A DNA stretch of 62,820 nt, counting the filler, from Klebsormidium nitens (taxonomy: Eukaryota; Plantae; Klebsormidiophyceae), in NCBI GenBank assembly GCA_000708835.1. It is 5 parts of 5 records of this genome, joined end to end, with 100 filler letters (N's around TTAATTAATTAA, not from the genome) between each part and the next. Parts side by side here need not be neighbours in the genome. Positions count along the whole stretch, not along the records: positions 48,300 to 62,820 come from DF238042.1; 4 more parts are not named here. One strand, 5' to 3'. Every line of letters starts with the position of its first letter. The stretch's first letter is position 1. A program made the translations under genes and the position numbers. Of this stretch, positions 59,900 to 62,820 are shown piece by piece. Under the pieces are notes generated by a model, which was given only the letters and a program-made list of their open reading frames with translations, made no database searches and was not told the origin of the DNA.

Positions 59900-62105
59900 T
59901 AAGATTGTCAGGCCTTCCGGGACGCCTTAAGCCCCGCAACGACGTTCTCAGCCTCATACCCTCTCGCAACCTGCCCTATCACTTGGTTCTGAGCTCGATC
60001 AGACTTCACCGCGAATGTACGACATTGCAACGTGGTGAATGCACAGTGGCCCAGTCAACGGGGACACTGCCAGTGGTGAGCTTGTGCGAGTTGTAACTGT
60101 TTGTCTCGATTCGTTACTTCACATGACTGCTAGCTGGAGTGGTATGGGACACTCCCCTGTGCAATACTTCTCGGTAGTATCGCACTTGTCCGGTTAGCTT
60201 TGCATGGGCCCCACGCTATATTCCGCTGCCTGCTTATCGATAGTTAAATTGTCTGTAGCTCCACGCTGAGTTACGCTGAGAGTTAGCTGTGGGTTAGTAT
60301 AACTCTGAGCGATACGGGAGTGGGAACTAGGAGTGGTGTTTATTGTGAATTGCTAGTGGTCCCAGCGTTCCGGTGGTCTTCCTGGTATCAGAGGGACCGG
60401 ATTCTTCGGAATTGTTTTGTGCTGAGCTTTAGCAAAGGAACATGGCGGGCCCCGGCACCCGCGGACGCAGAAGGGACAACACTGGCGATCAAGGACCGGA
60501 GCAGCAGCGGGAGCACACTTCCCCTGCTTCTCCATTGGCGGATCCCCCTGACCGAGAGCCCCATGGAGGTTCAACACCGCCAAGGAGCCATGCAGTGGAC
60601 CCCCCGGAAGATCCACTTCCTCGCGAAGAGTCCCCACCGGAGGAAGGCCTTTCGAAGCAGAGAGACTCCGCCGAGGGAAGGTCCATTCGGAAGAAGCAGG
60701 CCCCTCCAACCTCACCGGGACTGCACCATCAACAGAGGACTTGGTGGAACTCACCTCAGACGAGATCACCCGCTTCGCCAAGTACCAGGAGCACCAGGCA
60801 GCCCTGCAACGCACCCGAGCCCGAGAGGCTGAGGAGCACCGCCGAGCTGAAGAGCAGTGGGCAGCCTACCGAAGGGCTGACGTCACTCAGGCCGCTCGCG
60901 AGAGGCCTCAGGTTCAACACCCCATAGCACCTCCTGCCACGTCACCAGCGCCAGGAGCCGCAAGGGGAGACGCTACCTCAACGTTCGCACCCGCTTTATC
61001 GTGGCTGAAGGCTTCCGCTATCCGATCCTCCTTGGCGTGGGCACGCTGCGCGCCATGTTTGGCGTCATTGATTACTCAACGGACCTTTTCCGGTTCAAGC
61101 TCCCTCAAACGTGGCGCTCGCTGCCGTTACTTGAAGTCAGCCAAGGTCCAAGGCGCGCCCACCGGACTCATTTACCAGGCGCCGGTGGCACAAACGCTGA
61201 CCGATCCAGTCGTGTACCAAATCGAAGCACCGGACTGCCTGACCACTGAAGCCGAGCCTGGAGGCCCCGGAGGAGAGCCCGACCCTGACGGACCGCCCGT
61301 CGACTCCCCGCTGACGTCATCAGATACCTCCACGGCGCCTCCGGTGGCTATCTCTGACGACAGCGGGTCATCAGACCCCAGCTCGGACGAGCCGTCTTCA
61401 GACTTGTTTGAAACGTCAGCGTCTACTTCAACAGCATCCCAAGCGACCAGCTCCGACGGCAGCTCCCCCTTGGCGAACCCTGGCGTCGCCCCTGTGGAGA
61501 CCCCGGCGTAACGGAGACGTACCCCCCTGACGTCACCTCAGAACTACCGACCGAAGGACCCCCGACTACAGGCAAGCCAATTACTCGTGCCATGGTACTC
61601 CACACCCTGGCGGAAGCTCGACGCTTGCTTCGCTTCTGTCTTGAGCACGAGCTACTTCCCCGCGCGCGCGTCGCCATGCTGGCACAACTTTACACGGAGG
61701 TTTTTGAACATCACAACTACGGCGAGATGCTGCACCCGGTGGACGAAGCAAACGAAGCCCTTCTCCCAATCGCCACTCGTCGTCGTCGCGGACTTCAAAT
61801 CGTCAACCTCACCGAGGCTGAGCAGCGTAACTTTTCCGAATCCTCCCGAGCGGCGGACGAGACGCCAACGGTCAATACCACGGTGGTTCCCCCGCCGCCC
61901 GCTGCCAATGCTGACGTCAGCGACCCCGAACGGCGTGCCCACTGGGAGGCGGTCCGACCTCAAATCCGCCTGGCGGACAACCTGGACACCAGCCAGCGCA
62001 AACAAATGATGGCCCTCCTGGAGAAATTCGCGCTCATCTTTTCCAGGGACCCTAACGACTTGGGCCTCGTACAAGGCTTCTTTCACCACATCAACACGGG
62101 AAATG
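59900..62105 (+). mobile_element. Ty3/gypsy LTR retrotransposon remnant (5' LTR region, PBS, gag start, protease end, RT start)
   Basis: PBS TGGTATCAGAG at 60383-60393; gag-like ORF from 60442; protease C-terminal half FIVAEGFRYPILLG...VIDY; pre-RT LDTSQRKQMMALLEKFALIFSRDPNDLG...HHINTG, truncated near 62105. The LTR start is approximate. Confidence 0.8.
60383..60393 (+). promoter_or_regulatory. Primer-binding site complementary to initiator tRNA-Met
   Basis: TGGTATCAGAG matches 11 of 12 nt of the canonical TGGTATCAGAGC and lies directly upstream of gag. Confidence 0.8.
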
Positions 62106-62225
62106 CGGGGTTTGTCAACCCGTCGATTCAGTTGCTTTTGAACATGTTGTTGCTATCCAACATTTCTGAGATAATGCGTGGCAGCTTCGACACAAAAGTG
62201 GTAGGCTGACCCGATCACAACTCAC

Positions 62226-62670
62226 CGCGTTGTGAGCATTCTCCCAGAAGGTCCCGGTGCTTGGGTGTTCGTACTCCGTGATCACCGTCACCCCGTTGTT
62301 GGGCCCGTGCCTGACTTCCTTCACCGTGACCTAAGCAAAAATACAAGGCGTTTAGAGCACGATGTTGTAACTTCTGGCACTCTCGGTTTTCCAATGCAAC
62401 AACTTCTCCACTTGTTGAATCAAAGGATTGAGCAATAAAACTTGTCGTCCAGCTGATCATCATTGACGCTTTCAACAAGTCGAAAGAGTTGGGACCCCAA
62501 TTCGCAAATCGAGCAACGCTCACTTGGGGTATGACAACGAAACCCTTCTTGTTTTTTACATCCGCACATATGTCGGTGATTGCTTTCAGGGCCGGGATGT
62601 AGGAGAGCAGGATCGGATCCGGATCTTTCCCCTCCCGTTGGAGGTTCAACAAGCGCGCACCCCGAAGCAC
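62226..62670 (-). other. Two exons of an unidentified spliced gene
   Basis: ...KNKKGFVVIPQ|gtgagc ... ttttgcttag|VTVKEVRHGPNNGVTVITEYEHPSTGTFWENAHNA|gtgagt, joined in phase 0. Confidence 0.4.
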
Positions 62671-62820
62671 CGCAAAACAAAGTGGAGGTCAGACTTTGTT
62701 ATATAACTTAAAAGAACTAATGGCACATCTACAATTCAAACCTTTGCCGCCGGGCTGCAAACGGCGTCCGACATACTCTGCTCGAGAATGCCACTACAAA
62801 AAGGAGGGAGTCGAATGTAC

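Noticed and set aside
60051-60068. GTGGCCCAGTCAACGGGG resembling a tRNA-Ile PBS
   Set aside because: It needs several indels, and a near-canonical iMet PBS sits at 60383 directly before gag.

Overview
Eukaryotic scaffold (spliceosomal GT-AG introns; five N-gaps, four carrying a TTAATTAATTAA linker). A septin, an Mx-like dynamin, a plant-type METTL21 and a Fanzor2 together suggest a green or charophyte alga, but the sequence alone cannot confirm this. Most of the window is decayed mobile and virus-like DNA: an IS607 element (tnpA + TnpB/Fanzor2) inserted in a giant-virus-type gene; MSV199/AntA-like genes; two Helitron/Helentron-type elements; a CAC...GTG non-autonomous transposon; an intron-containing Academ-like (DDE + XPG) transposon; and three Ty3/gypsy remnants. 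Inside this lies an island of two multi-exon GTPase genes in head-to-head orientation whose exons I could join in frame by hand: an Mx-like dynamin (last exon unresolved) and a septin spliced to a C-terminal beta-trefoil-like domain. This pair is the best candidate for an undescribed system; a membrane-remodelling or defence role is a hypothesis only. All domain calls come from visual motif recognition, and no database search was run.
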